The notes: generated by a model not told the origin, from the sequence alone. A DNA stretch of 64,000 nucleotides from an uncultured Rivularia sp. (GCA_963665115.1 OY762007.1:1472001-1536000); one strand, 5' to 3'. Positions 53,942 through 64,000 are shown, counted from the first letter of the stretch. Program-made: numbers and translations.

Positions 53942-54141
53942 TGGGGACTTTAAGATATATTTCTCCCCCAGAATTGGGGGTTGGGGGACTTTAATATCAA
54001 TTTCTCCCCCAGAATTGGGGGTTGGGGGGCTTTAAGATATATTTCTCCCCCAGAATTGGGGGTTGGGGGGCTATTCATACTTTGATATGGCTAACGCCAC
54101 GCTGAGCCACACGCTCCGCGTGAACGCTAACAGCAACGCCA
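53942..54141. repeat. MITE-like element copy 3 (left end lost), with three tandem 41-bp units
   Basis: Three TTTCTCCCCCAGAATTGGGGGTTGGGGG units, then CTATTCATA...CAGCAACGCCA. Confidence 0.8.
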
Positions 54142-54202
54142 AATTTCTAAACCTGTCTAACCCAACCTACTAACTCAAAAGCTGAAAATAATAGTTTTAA
54201 CT

Positions 54203-55023
54203 TTACTGTTGATTAATCGAATTCACCTCATGAGCGGTAGCGATACCATCTAAATTCACCGATTGCAATAAACTTTGCCAATCTTGTTCAACAGAGGGAT
54301 TTTGAGAAGATTTACGTAGTTGTGCTAGGGTATTTAAAGCATCAAACCATATACCATTTTGTGCGTATATAGCTACCTGCTGTTGAGGATTAGCTGTTTT
54401 CAGTTGCTCTCGAATGCGATAATCAAAGTTATTCCTTTGAATATATCCCGTTACGTAAATGGGAATGCTTGGTTTCCTATTGCTGCAACGAACTTTGAAA
54501 TACCAGCGATAATTTTGACCTGTTTTTAAAGCAACTGTATTCGGAAAAGAAATTTTAACAATACCGGGTTGAGTCGGTAGCGTAATTTTTTGTCTGTGAA
54601 CATCCATACGTTTACTGTCTAACAAGCTGAATTCAGCACTTGAGCCGGTTTTTTGAGTATATGGAACGTAGAATAAAAAATTCGGTCTTTCCAAACTGGT
54701 TAGTCCTCCAACAACGCTAGTATTTGATTTATTTTGCTGTTGTGTTTGAGGTGCTAAAGCAGTTAGTCGTATGGAAACAGCAGGACAATTATCTCGACTA
54801 CCCATTCCCGTTCTACGTCCCCCGGTATCGAAGTTAATCCTTTGGGTGGTTTTGGTGGAACAAAAACTGGTTTGCGAGAGGGTGTTTTAGGAGAAACAGG
54901 TTTCCTTGATGGTTTTTGAACTGGCTTTTGTGTAGTCGCTGGTTTTTTATTTTCAGCTATTGCTTGCGGTGCATACTGGATAATACTACTTAAAATTAGC
55001 AAAATTGTTAATATTGATTTCAT
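54203..55023 (-). CDS. DUF928 domain protein (exported), frameshifted in the C5 run at 54819-54823
   Basis: The signal peptide and Pro/Lys-rich ORF joins GRRTGMGSRDNC...LTALAP...YAQNGIWFDAL. Confidence 0.87.
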
Positions 55024-55150
55024 TTATCAGCTACCACTCTATAAAAAATCATCAGTAGTTTTACTACGTGAATCTTTAATTTATAGGAGACAACTGGTTT
55101 GAATTATGCAGAAACTGAGCGTTCGTAAATGATTAAGTTACACAATAAAA

Positions 55151-55290
55151 GCCCCCTAAATCCCCTGCCCCCGTGACCCCCAATGCTGGGGGTAATGGGG
55201 AACTTTGAAATATATTTCTCCCCCATAATTGGGGGTTGGGGGGCTATTCATATTTTGATATGGCTAAGTTTACGCTTTGCTAACAGCAAC
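55151..55290. repeat. MITE-like element copy 4
   Basis: GCCCCCTAAATCCCC...TCCCCCATAATTGGGGGTTGGGGGGCTATTCATA...CAGCAAC. Confidence 0.7.
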
Positions 55291-55391
55291 TTTAGTTTTT
55301 CTATTCCCTACTCCCTAATAACAATATTTTCTGTACCTTATTAAGATGAAATCTGTTGTAACTTAAGCTCATGACCGGAACAAAGCAACTA

Positions 55392-57749
55392 TCAGAACTT
55401 ATATGATTTAGAATTCTGAACAAACAACACCACAACACCACCTACAGCTAAACCAAAAGCTGAAGGAATAAACGGTACCCACAGTCCTGAACTTAGAAGA
55501 GCGATCGCACAAGTTCCATATAAAAAAACCTGTATTGCAGCGATAGTAAATCCTTGATGAGATAAGGAACTAATTTTTACAATCATCAAGCTTCCGATGG
55601 CAGACCATCCGCATATCCAGATAATATCAGCCCAGAAAGGCAAAACCCAAATAATAGGACGGTCTTCAAGAACTGCATTCAAAATTTGACTGACTTTTTG
55701 TGCTTGTATAATTACACCTGGTACATCGTAATAATTTTTTCTGTTACTGCTGTAAGGAGTAGACCAATTATCGCTTATACTGTTAGCTGTAACTCCAATA
55801 ATAACTACCTTATCTTTAAGCTGTTGGGGAGTAATTTTATCATTTAATACATCTGTTAAAGAAACTCCAAAATAAGAATCAGTATTACGGTAGTTGATTA
55901 ATATTTGATTTCCCCCTAAGCTGACAGTTTGATAGGCTCCGCTACGACCTTGTTTTAAACGTTTAAATTCTTTAGACCCAAATTTGATGTAATCATTTTT
56001 AAATGATAATGGAATATTTCTATCAAATAAATAACGACTTGCTAATTGCAACGCAAGTGAATAAGGTGTTTCACAAGATGAAGCAGGTTCTTGTTTCATC
56101 AACAAAATTTGACGACGAACAATACCATCGGGATCTTTAATTGCATCAGTAAAACCCTGACGCTCTAATGGTACTCCTTGAGGAGGTTTTATTCCTTGAG
56201 GGTCATATTTTTTATCTTTACCTTTACAAGCAGCAATAACGTTTTGTTTTTGAAGTTCGGTAGAAAGATTTATTGGATTTGATTTGTTTTTCCTATCTGG
56301 TAAATCTCTATAAATATCTATTCCAATTACTTGCGGTTGGTAATCTTGTAATTTGTTAAGTAACCTTGCTAGAGTACTATCGGAAATTGATTTAGCTCCT
56401 ACAGTAAGTTCCGGTCGAGATTGAATATCTTCCTCGGTGATTTCCACCACTACTACCTTTGGATCTATCTCTTCTTTGGGTTTGAGTCGTAACATTTGGT
56501 CAAAGGTTTGTAGCTCAATTTTTTCAAAAATTCCGAAGTATCTTAAGCCAATTGTGGAAAGAGCTACAATAAAAATGGTAGATAAAAAAGTAAAAAATTG
56601 AGATTTTGAAAACGAGATTTTATTTTGTACTGGTTTATCTATTAAATCTGTTTGGCTGCGATTATTAGATAATTCTTGCCAAGTGACTGGAACCGTTGTC
56701 GGATTTTGGTAAATAACTGGTAGCCAACTAGCACAAGGAAAATCATTTTCCAATCCTTGAAGTCTTTCTCGTGCTTCTCTTACTGCTGGGTAAAAAGGTT
56801 TATTATTACTAAAAGCAATTAAAAAGTTTTTCAAAAATTCCTGTGCGACAAAATCGGGTACACCAGTTCGCATAACAATCATTTGAGGAATATTCAATTC
56901 AGCTAAATTTCTTGCCAAACCAATTCCATCGCATGAATTAAAAATTGCTATATTTAAACCTTTACTAATTGCTGTATTTAGCGCATTTTTTAGTTGATAA
57001 ATTGTTAAACTTTCTGTCTGATTAATATAAATTTTTCCTATATTTTTATCTATAGAACTAACACTATGTCCTGCAAAAAAAAGAATATCCCAATTATGGT
57101 TCCACAACTGTTCGTCAAGTTCTTTTCTTGTTGGTTCTACTAAAAATAAGGTTTGAGTATTGCTTACATTCTCTAAAAATAATCTGTCTTTATCAATATC
57201 AATACCAGCTTTATTACCTAAAATTGCTAGAATTTTAACTTTACCTGTGGAATATTTTCGTAATACTTGAGGGGAAGCATATTCATGATTGCTCAAACCT
57301 AATTCCGCTTGAGGATAATCATCAAAAAAATCCCACAAATGCCAAGGTAGCTGATGCAGTTCGATTATATTGGTTTCAATAATAACCCTTACTTCATCAT
57401 CTCGATTAAGTAAAGTCCGCAGTTGTCGCTCTACATTCGCAAATGAATCGAATCTTAACCAATCATTTAGACTAGCTCGTAGCTGCTGACAAACTTCATC
57501 AAAATCACTCACAGAAACATTAGTAATATCTTCTTGATATACTTTTATACGCTGATTGTTTCCTAAACGCTGATGAATAGCTTCATGAAGTCGCTGCCAT
57601 GTTTGGTAAAGTTGATTTAGTTCTGGTGCTGCTGGTAAGCTTCCTGTGATTTTGAAAAATTGGTCGTGATGCCAAAGTTGAGCCGTAACAACAGGAAATC
57701 CTTTGTTTAAATCTCCCCCCAACAAGGTGTAGACTAGTATTTTACTCAT
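55392..57749 (-). CDS. CHAT-CHASE2 fusion: membrane receptor with an N-terminal cytoplasmic caspase-like protease
   Basis: CHAT dyad FFAGHS and FNSCDG, one TM helix, CHASE2 (VIGIDIYRD, PGVIIQAQ) and three C-terminal TMs. No kinase or cyclase output. Confidence 0.9.
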   Translation of the reverse strand: MSKILVYTLLGGDLNKGFPVVTAQLWHHDQFFKITGSLPAAPELNQLYQTWQRLHEAIHQRLGNNQRIKVYQEDITNVSVSDFDEVCQQLRASLNDWLRFDSFANVERQLRTLLNRDDEVRVIIETNIIELHQLPWHLWDFFDDYPQAELGLSNHEYASPQVLRKYSTGKVKILAILGNKAGIDIDKDRLFLENVSNTQTLFLVEPTRKELDEQLWNHNWDILFFAGHSVSSIDKNIGKIYINQTESLTIYQLKNALNTAISKGLNIAIFNSCDGIGLARNLAELNIPQMIVMRTGVPDFVAQEFLKNFLIAFSNNKPFYPAVREARERLQGLENDFPCASWLPVIYQNPTTVPVTWQELSNNRSQTDLIDKPVQNKISFSKSQFFTFLSTIFIVALSTIGLRYFGIFEKIELQTFDQMLRLKPKEEIDPKVVVVEITEEDIQSRPELTVGAKSISDSTLARLLNKLQDYQPQVIGIDIYRDLPDRKNKSNPINLSTELQKQNVIAACKGKDKKYDPQGIKPPQGVPLERQGFTDAIKDPDGIVRRQILLMKQEPASSCETPYSLALQLASRYLFDRNIPLSFKNDYIKFGSKEFKRLKQGRSGAYQTVSLGGNQILINYRNTDSYFGVSLTDVLNDKITPQQLKDKVVIIGVTANSISDNWSTPYSSNRKNYYDVPGVIIQAQKVSQILNAVLEDRPIIWVLPFWADIIWICGWSAIGSLMIVKISSLSHQGFTIAAIQVFLYGTCAIALLSSGLWVPFIPSAFGLAVGGVVVLFVQNSKSYKF

Positions 57750-57931
57750 TGTTCCTGCAACAGCTAATTGTAGTTAATTATTAATAACTTTAGCAATTGT
57801 GCATCATGAGTAAAATATAAAATTCCCTGAAAGATAAATATCCATTCATTTTATAAAGGTTCTTAATGGTTATTATTCAATATAGAGTATATATAATCAC
57901 ATTAAAATTGTATTAATTGTTAAGAGTATAA

Positions 57932-59094
57932 TTAAATTACAAAATGTTCTGCAATTTGATAACTATCAAACAAGACATTAATACTAAAACATTCTCCAAT
58001 TTCACCTTCAAAAAGCCTTAATTGCACGTAGTTATCTTGAATTCTTGATTGTACTTCCTGAATAATTTCTCCAGTTTCTGAAAGTAAAACTAGTTTAATA
58101 TTTGCTGGTAAATATTCATTGTTCAAAGGATGTAGCTGTATCCGAATAGCAAACTGTTCGTCGGCTGAGGGAATTAATTCAACTAGCATTACAACTTGTT
58201 GAGAATCAGTTTCGGTTCCCAAATGAATCGCTTTAGCTCGTTTTATATTATCAGTATTTAAACCTGCGCTGGTTCTAAAATTAAAAGCTAAATTATTGTT
58301 ACTAGAATTAAAAAATGAATCTATTTCTTGCCAAGCGGCTTGATAAATATCTTGGAGCCAAGCACTAAGATTAACTGTTTGTTGACGAGAAAGATATAAT
58401 TTCTCTCGATAATATTCGTTATCTAATAATGCTCCCCAACTGCTAAAAGGAATTTCCAGTTTGGGGAACATTGCTTTTGAATTACTTAATTGCTGTAGCA
58501 TGTTTTCGGCTTGACTGGTCGATAATTCTGCTAAGCTCGATATAGCAGCTTTAACATCTTCTTGAATAAATTGGTAAGCCATCCAAAAAGCATTTAGGTC
58601 TTTTGTTAAATGCCGTTTATCCATACAGTAGGTTCTATCTACTGAATCATAATGGGCTAGAGTTTTCAGTTCCTTGTGAGTTGTATAAGCCCAAAATCTG
58701 ATTTTTTCCCCTTCTGGTTCAACTTGGACTGCTAAATAAAAATCTGCTATCCAGCTAGGAATATCTACCCATTCTTGCGGAACTTCTAATTCCCTATCGT
58801 CAATTGCTTCAGTGGGAATCAAAACTACTCTTTTCTGATTAAATAAAATTGCCGTACCGTTGACAAATTCCCAAAAAGCAGGAATATCAGCAAAACTTTT
58901 CCAAACGCTTGCTTGTAAAGCATATTCAGTTTTTAACCAATTAAGGAAAACGTTTTGGCAAATTTGATTTATATAGGCACACCAGCGACTGCTGGGAGTT
59001 CCATAAACTTGACTTTGCTTCCAGGGGACTGTAACTGAATTTTTGAGGTCACTTCTAACGACCATTCTTTTGGATCTACAAACTCGCAGGTCAT
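57932..59094 (-). CDS. DUF1822 family protein (probable start 59094 with a frameshift near 59024-59027; ORF track start 59065)
   Basis: WEFVNGTAI, EVPQEWVDIPSWIADFYLAVQV, NLSAWLQ and DNYVQL motifs. MTCEFVDPKEWSLEV lies upstream in another frame. Confidence 0.88.
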
Positions 59095-59114
59095 TTTTTA
59101 CTACCTTATAAATA

Positions 59115-60302
59115 TTACGGATTTACGTTGAAATTTCCTAGCTGATTTCTCAACCATTCTTCTAGAGCAACGCTCATATCTTTTATTTGGTTGGAAGTTA
59201 CAGAAATATTCAATTCTTGACTCCATTTAACTAATGCTTCTAACAAAAATTCTCTACTTTTAACTAATTTACGAGATACTGTAGACTGGCTCATTTGCAT
59301 TTGCTGCATAATTTGCTGTTGAGTCAGTTCTTGCTGATAGTAAAGCTTGAATATTTCTTGGGATTTGACATCCAAGCTTTGTAAAGCCTTTGACAATACA
59401 TCAAACATTTGAGAAATTTGATTTTGTCGGTCTTGTAAATTCTCTGCGGCTATGATATCAGCTATTACCGAATCCGAAGCAGGGTCTGGTAAATCTAGTA
59501 TTGGATTGTCATCATCTGTTTTGATATCTAAAGATTTTACAAGTGGATGCTGGTAAGCACGGAGATAAATAATAGATTGATTCAACCAATTTTCAATTGT
59601 TTTTGCGGTACAAAGAGGAATATTTTCAGCCAGTTGATGACAAGAATTGTTGTAAAGATTGGCAATTTGCTGCCATAATTGAGCAGTTGGTTCCGGTAAC
59701 GATGCTGTACCTCCCGGTCGGGTTTGGAAATATAGTTGTTTGAAACAAGTCCAGGCTAAACGGTATTGTAAAGCATGTTTTGCTGATAATCCAGCATTAT
59801 AATGAGCTTCTAAAAATAATTTTTTACTAACTTTGCGTAATAAAGCCCAATCGCTACAAATATCGGCTTCTTTTCGCTGCCGTAAAATATCTCTCAATCG
59901 GCTTTTGATTGCCATCGTAGAATAAGCTTTTAAGCTAGAAGACTTTTTAGAATCAAAATCTTTAAGAATTGTCTCAATTTCGGCATTTGCCATTTGAAAA
60001 CAATCGGCTACACTATATTGAGTATTTTGTAACAAAGAAACTATTCTTCGCGATACGTGGTAGCATGGCTCTTGTAAATATGCCTGAATATGAATTCTGG
60101 CTAAATCGTTGGATTTTAACAGCCAGTGTTTGTGCCAGTAAAGCGCCCAAAAATGTTCTTGTCTTGAGTTTTGAGGCGAATGATTCAAGCAGTTTTGTAT
60201 ACTTTTATGTAGCCTGACATCAGTCAACCATTTGCTAAATTTATCTGCTTCTAAATCCATAAAAGTGGAGAACATTTGTACGATTTCTGTGCGACGGTAC
60301 AT
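59115..60302 (-). CDS. Sigma-70 family RNA polymerase sigma factor (atypical cyanobacterial group)
   Basis: Region-2-like AYLQEPCY...FDSKKSSSLKAYS, CSDWALLRK, and region 4 LYYQQELTQQQI...SQSTVSRKL. Confidence 0.85.
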   Translation of the reverse strand: MYRRTEIVQMFSTFMDLEADKFSKWLTDVRLHKSIQNCLNHSPQNSRQEHFWALYWHKHWLLKSNDLARIHIQAYLQEPCYHVSRRIVSLLQNTQYSVADCFQMANAEIETILKDFDSKKSSSLKAYSTMAIKSRLRDILRQRKEADICSDWALLRKVSKKLFLEAHYNAGLSAKHALQYRLAWTCFKQLYFQTRPGGTASLPEPTAQLWQQIANLYNNSCHQLAENIPLCTAKTIENWLNQSIIYLRAYQHPLVKSLDIKTDDDNPILDLPDPASDSVIADIIAAENLQDRQNQISQMFDVLSKALQSLDVKSQEIFKLYYQQELTQQQIMQQMQMSQSTVSRKLVKSREFLLEALVKWSQELNISVTSNQIKDMSVALEEWLRNQLGNFNVNP

Positions 60303-60377
60303 AACAAGTAAATTTAATTGATTTACTTATAAATCGTAGAATGGATTTAGATTATTATCTAGGTGTTAAGTATTTTA

Positions 60378-60538
60378 AAGTAATAAGTAATAAGTAACAA
60401 GTAATAAGTAATACCTCTTGCCTACGCAGAGGATTGAATAATTGAATTATATTTTTATTTTTCCGACGTGTTTGAGGAGACTTTATACTAACAACGGGCT
60501 ATAACTACTTATTACTTATTACTCATTACTTATTACTT
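60378..60538. repeat. Inverted heptamer arrays (AGTAATA)n ... (TTATTAC)n
   Basis: Arrays at about 60378-60413 and 60505-60538 face each other upstream of the sigma gene. Confidence 0.7.
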
Positions 60539-60572
60539 CAGCCCCAAGGGGACTGGTAAGTACAGCTAATAG

Positions 60573-62852
60573 TTATCTTCTAGGGAGTGGAACGGGAGAA
60601 TTACGAATCGGAGGAGCAATAATAACATTAGGAGGTGATGGCTTCTCTTTAACACTAATTGCAAAACCCTTTCGTTGAGGTTGTCGCTGGCCGGATTTAT
60701 CAGTTACTACAAGTTCAATTGGAGATGGAAAATTTTTAATTACCTCAAGCACCTGTTTTCCCTGTTTGGGAAGATTATATTGATAAGGGAGTAATTTTAC
60801 TTCGATATCTTCACCTTCTACTTTCCAGGTGAGTGTTACTTTGTCTCCTTCATTCAAAACTTGATTTAGCTGTTCGCTACCGTTAATCTTAAAAAACACA
60901 ATATTAAACGGTTGAGAAACTATTTGAATATTATTTTTAGTAGTTTCAGTACTAATACGATTTTTTTCATTACGAGAATAAGCTTTTAATTCATACATCA
61001 AAGTTCCAACGCTTCTTGCTGGTAAAGCGATTTTGCAATTAATTTGATTTGCTTCTTTTACACAATTGTCTTTAAACTTTGGATTTTCAAATGTGCCATC
61101 TTTAAATTTAAAGCTTGTTGGTGCAGCTATTTGGGTATTTTCATTTTCTTTGGCAATAATGTCTACTTTTTCTAATAATTCTGGACGTTTAACACTCCAA
61201 CTTACAAGTACGTCTTCTCCTTTTTGATATTTGGCTTTATCCGTTTGGACATTAATTATTTCAGCAATTGGTTTTTGTTTTATTTCGATTTCGTCTGTTT
61301 TAGTTTCGGTATTATTTTTTTGATAAAATAGCAAATGCCGCTGTCTGGATACCGCTTTAATTTCAAAAGTATATTTACCAGGAGATGTGATTCCTGTTTT
61401 GAATTGATTGCAGATTAAAACGGATTGTGTTGTGATTTGACAGGGAGTATTTTCACCGTTTTTATTACGAGAAAGTAACTCACTATTACGAATATTTGTT
61501 ACGCTCACTAAAGGCTCGTTGCGTGGTGGCTGTTTGGTTGTAATTTCTAAACTTTGTAGTTGTTTATAATTAGAAATTTTCCAATCCAAACGTACTTCAT
61601 CCCCTTCTGTAAGTACGGGAGATTGAGTAGTAAAACTTTCTATTTCTAAAGGGTCGGGATATAAAAATCTCCAAATAAAAAATCCCGCAGTTGCTACAAA
61701 GCCAAATCCTAATAATGTTAATAGAATTAACTGCCAAAAAGGACGCGATTTCCATTCTAAAACTCCTTCCAGCGATTGGTTCGAGATAGGTAGTTCTTGC
61801 TTATCTTCAATATCTACTTGAAAATTAATAGTTAAAGGTTTTCCTATCCAGGGTTGTCTCCACCAAGGTCGCGGTTTTACAATCAAACTTGCATCTACAC
61901 TTTTACTTGGTAATAGTTTTATTTCTTTTGGCTCAAACTGATATTTACAAAGTTCTTCTTCGTCTTTACTTCTTGCACTAAAAGACAATTCTCTGACTAA
62001 ATTCCCTTCATTGATTAAAGTTAATAAATATTTTCCAGGATTGCGTCTGACTTTACCTAAAATAGTGTTTAATTGAGCGCTAATTTGATAGTCTGGTGGG
62101 ACATCAATATAAACCAAATCTAACAAAACTAAATCTGGATTATTTGCCGAGTATAAACGAATAGTAGGTGAGTAGGTGCCCGCAAGAGTGCTAGATGGAG
62201 GACAAAATTCTAATAATATTTCCCCTTGAGAAGCAGGATTTAATTCTAATGCTTTTACCTCAACTAATCCTGCTGCTTCTACTCCAGTTTGTGGATAAGA
62301 TATTTTCAATGAATTTTCGTCTAATTCCGGACAAGTAACGTGGAAACGGTCTACCCTAGCGGAACGATTTTCAACTTTTAGTGCTACCTGTAGAAGACTA
62401 TCGGGTTTATAAATTAAAGGTTTATTAGGGTTTGTCGCTGGTTGAATAGAAAAGATTGGGTCGTTTGCTCGAATTACCGTTTGTTCTCTGAGCAGAACTT
62501 TGATTTGTCCGGGAAAGTTTATTGGGGTTTCTTGTGAATAGTGTTCGGGTGAGTCTACGACAAAAGTATAATCGTAAGTCCCCGGTAATGCATCGGCAGG
62601 AATTTCTAATTTAAATGTTACCTCGTTGCTGATTTCTCCTGGTGCTAATGCTAAACTTTCTCTAGGAGAATTAGACCAATTACTTACTTTTTGAAATATC
62701 TTATCAAATGTAAAAAATAAATCGATAATTGCGCTTTGTTTGCCTTCGTTACGCACTACTACATGAATTTCAATCGTCTCTCCCGGCATTCCGTATTGAA
62801 TTCCAGGTGGGTCTATAATTACAAATAATGGATTTAATTTAGCTTGTATCAT
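60573..62852 (-). CDS. Single-TM protein with Ig-like beta-sandwich (COG1470-like) domains
   Basis: Beta-rich repeats (VRNEG, PGTYDY), a central TM helix WQLILLTLLGFGFVATAGFFIW and a Pro-rich end. Confidence 0.7.
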   Translation of the reverse strand: MIQAKLNPLFVIIDPPGIQYGMPGETIEIHVVVRNEGKQSAIIDLFFTFDKIFQKVSNWSNSPRESLALAPGEISNEVTFKLEIPADALPGTYDYTFVVDSPEHYSQETPINFPGQIKVLLREQTVIRANDPIFSIQPATNPNKPLIYKPDSLLQVALKVENRSARVDRFHVTCPELDENSLKISYPQTGVEAAGLVEVKALELNPASQGEILLEFCPPSSTLAGTYSPTIRLYSANNPDLVLLDLVYIDVPPDYQISAQLNTILGKVRRNPGKYLLTLINEGNLVRELSFSARSKDEEELCKYQFEPKEIKLLPSKSVDASLIVKPRPWWRQPWIGKPLTINFQVDIEDKQELPISNQSLEGVLEWKSRPFWQLILLTLLGFGFVATAGFFIWRFLYPDPLEIESFTTQSPVLTEGDEVRLDWKISNYKQLQSLEITTKQPPRNEPLVSVTNIRNSELLSRNKNGENTPCQITTQSVLICNQFKTGITSPGKYTFEIKAVSRQRHLLFYQKNNTETKTDEIEIKQKPIAEIINVQTDKAKYQKGEDVLVSWSVKRPELLEKVDIIAKENENTQIAAPTSFKFKDGTFENPKFKDNCVKEANQINCKIALPARSVGTLMYELKAYSRNEKNRISTETTKNNIQIVSQPFNIVFFKINGSEQLNQVLNEGDKVTLTWKVEGEDIEVKLLPYQYNLPKQGKQVLEVIKNFPSPIELVVTDKSGQRQPQRKGFAISVKEKPSPPNVIIAPPIRNSPVPLPRR

Positions 62853-63068
62853 ATTATCTTCTTGTTATCTATATATTTCTAGAATTTTATCTATATTAAT
62901 TAACTTGAATTTAAAATAAAGCTTTTAATTAACTTAATTAATATAATCGCTGATTCTATTACATGACTTCTGATAATCTAACTGCAAAACATATGATTAT
63001 TTATATTTTTGACTACTAAAAATTTATAACTAACAACTTATAATTCATTACTCACCACTCATTACTCA

Positions 63069-64000
63069 TTACTTAATCCGATGTAGTCTAACTTCAGAAT
63101 CTTCGCTACCACTAACTGCAAATCCTTTATTACTTTTCAAATCAATACTATTGATCTTCTTTCTACTACGAAATACTGTTTTACCTTTCAATGATTTTAC
63201 TTTGTCGAGCGAATAGTCATCTTTTAAATACCAAACCACTACTTTTCCATCATCTCCACCACTGACTATATATTTATTATCTTGACTAAATGCTAAAGCA
63301 CGTATACTATTTCTAGATTCATCCTGCCAACGTTCTAATACCGTACAGTTTGAATTACTAAAAGTTTGCTCAATATTATTAGTAGGATTGCATTTATTTA
63401 AATCCCAAATTGTAATGTATCCCGACGAATCAGAAGTTGCCATTACTTTTTGATTATAATTAAGAGAAACAGGTGCAAAAGCTAATTTCCAAACATAATC
63501 TTCCTGACCCGTACTTTTATCAATTTCTTCAAATGTTTGTACGAATATATTTTTTAAATCTTGCAATGAACTACTAGATATAATCTGTTTTACAGGTATC
63601 ACTAAAAAACGCTTGAAATTACCAGCAATAACTAAATATTGGTCATCAGGACTTAAAGTTAAAGCTCTTATTTGAAAATCCGGTAATCCCTGTAGTTTCT
63701 TAAAATCAAAAACTTTTGGTTCCTGATTCCATCGCTGATTAATTGCTGCTCTTGACCATATTCGTAATTTACCGCTACCATAACCACCAAATAAATAAAG
63801 TGAGTTAGAAGTAAAGGCTAAGTCGAATACTCTATCCCCTCTATCAGCAAAAGCTTTGGTGTCTTGAAGCTGCTCTATTTTTGTACCTGTAGTACTTTCT
63901 CTTAACTCAATTACACCTTTATCTAAACCAACCGCAACCCGGTTATTCTCAACAGGAATAAATCGTAATACACTAACAACATCTTTCGCATTTGTTAAAA
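63069..64000 (-). CDS. WD40-repeat protein, 3' part (start lies outside the window)
   Basis: SGGDDGKVVVW, SDSSGYITIWD and GYGSGKLRIW. The frame is open from 64000. Confidence 0.85.
   Translation of the reverse strand, partial: LTNAKDVVSVLRFIPVENNRVAVGLDKGVIELRESTTGTKIEQLQDTKAFADRGDRVFDLAFTSNSLYLFGGYGSGKLRIWSRAAINQRWNQEPKVFDFKKLQGLPDFQIRALTLSPDDQYLVIAGNFKRFLVIPVKQIISSSSLQDLKNIFVQTFEEIDKSTGQEDYVWKLAFAPVSLNYNQKVMATSDSSGYITIWDLNKCNPTNNIEQTFSNSNCTVLERWQDESRNSIRALAFSQDNKYIVSGGDDGKVVVWYLKDDYSLDKVKSLKGKTVFRSRKKINSIDLKSNKGFAVSGSEDSEVRLHRIK

Noticed and set aside
53942..54075. 41-bp tandem repeats as a CRISPR array (also 50207-50290)
   Set aside because: The units are contiguous with no unique spacers, there are no cas genes, and they sit inside a dispersed MITE family.

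Overview
A 64-kb AT-rich cyanobacterial window, probably from a filamentous Nostocales-type organism. The lineage call rests on many HIP1 GCGATCGC octamers, heptamer STRR-type repeats and typical cyanobacterial gene families. The window has three parts. (1) At 0.5-8.9 kb, a minus-strand aromatic biosynthetic operon (DAHP synthase, MIO ammonia-lyase, CoA ligase, ScyA-like ThDP enzyme, KAS-III-like enzyme) matches the furanolide (cyanobacterin cybA/B/C/E/F-type) core. A Coq4-family protein is its only visible accessory enzyme. (2) At 9-60 kb, a large island holds six TpsA/filamentous-haemagglutinin exoproteins, one TpsB transporter, two exported TPR-CHAT proteases and two DUF928 proteins. It also holds two CHASE2 receptors (one fused to a His kinase, one to a cytoplasmic CHAT protease) and two sigma-70-like/DUF1822 gene pairs. 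These form two paralogous modules that I infer to be a protease-gated trans-envelope sigma-factor signalling system. (3) At 37.5-39.9 kb, a nested mobile-element scar joins a truncated phytochelatin synthase, an IS4 remnant, a tnpB-only IS607-like element and a headless response regulator. Many dispersed repeats and MITE-like elements lie between genes. About ten genes carry 1-2 nt frameshifts in short homopolymers, most likely sequencing errors. No rRNA, tRNA or CRISPR array was seen. Family assignments come from recognised motifs, not database searches.
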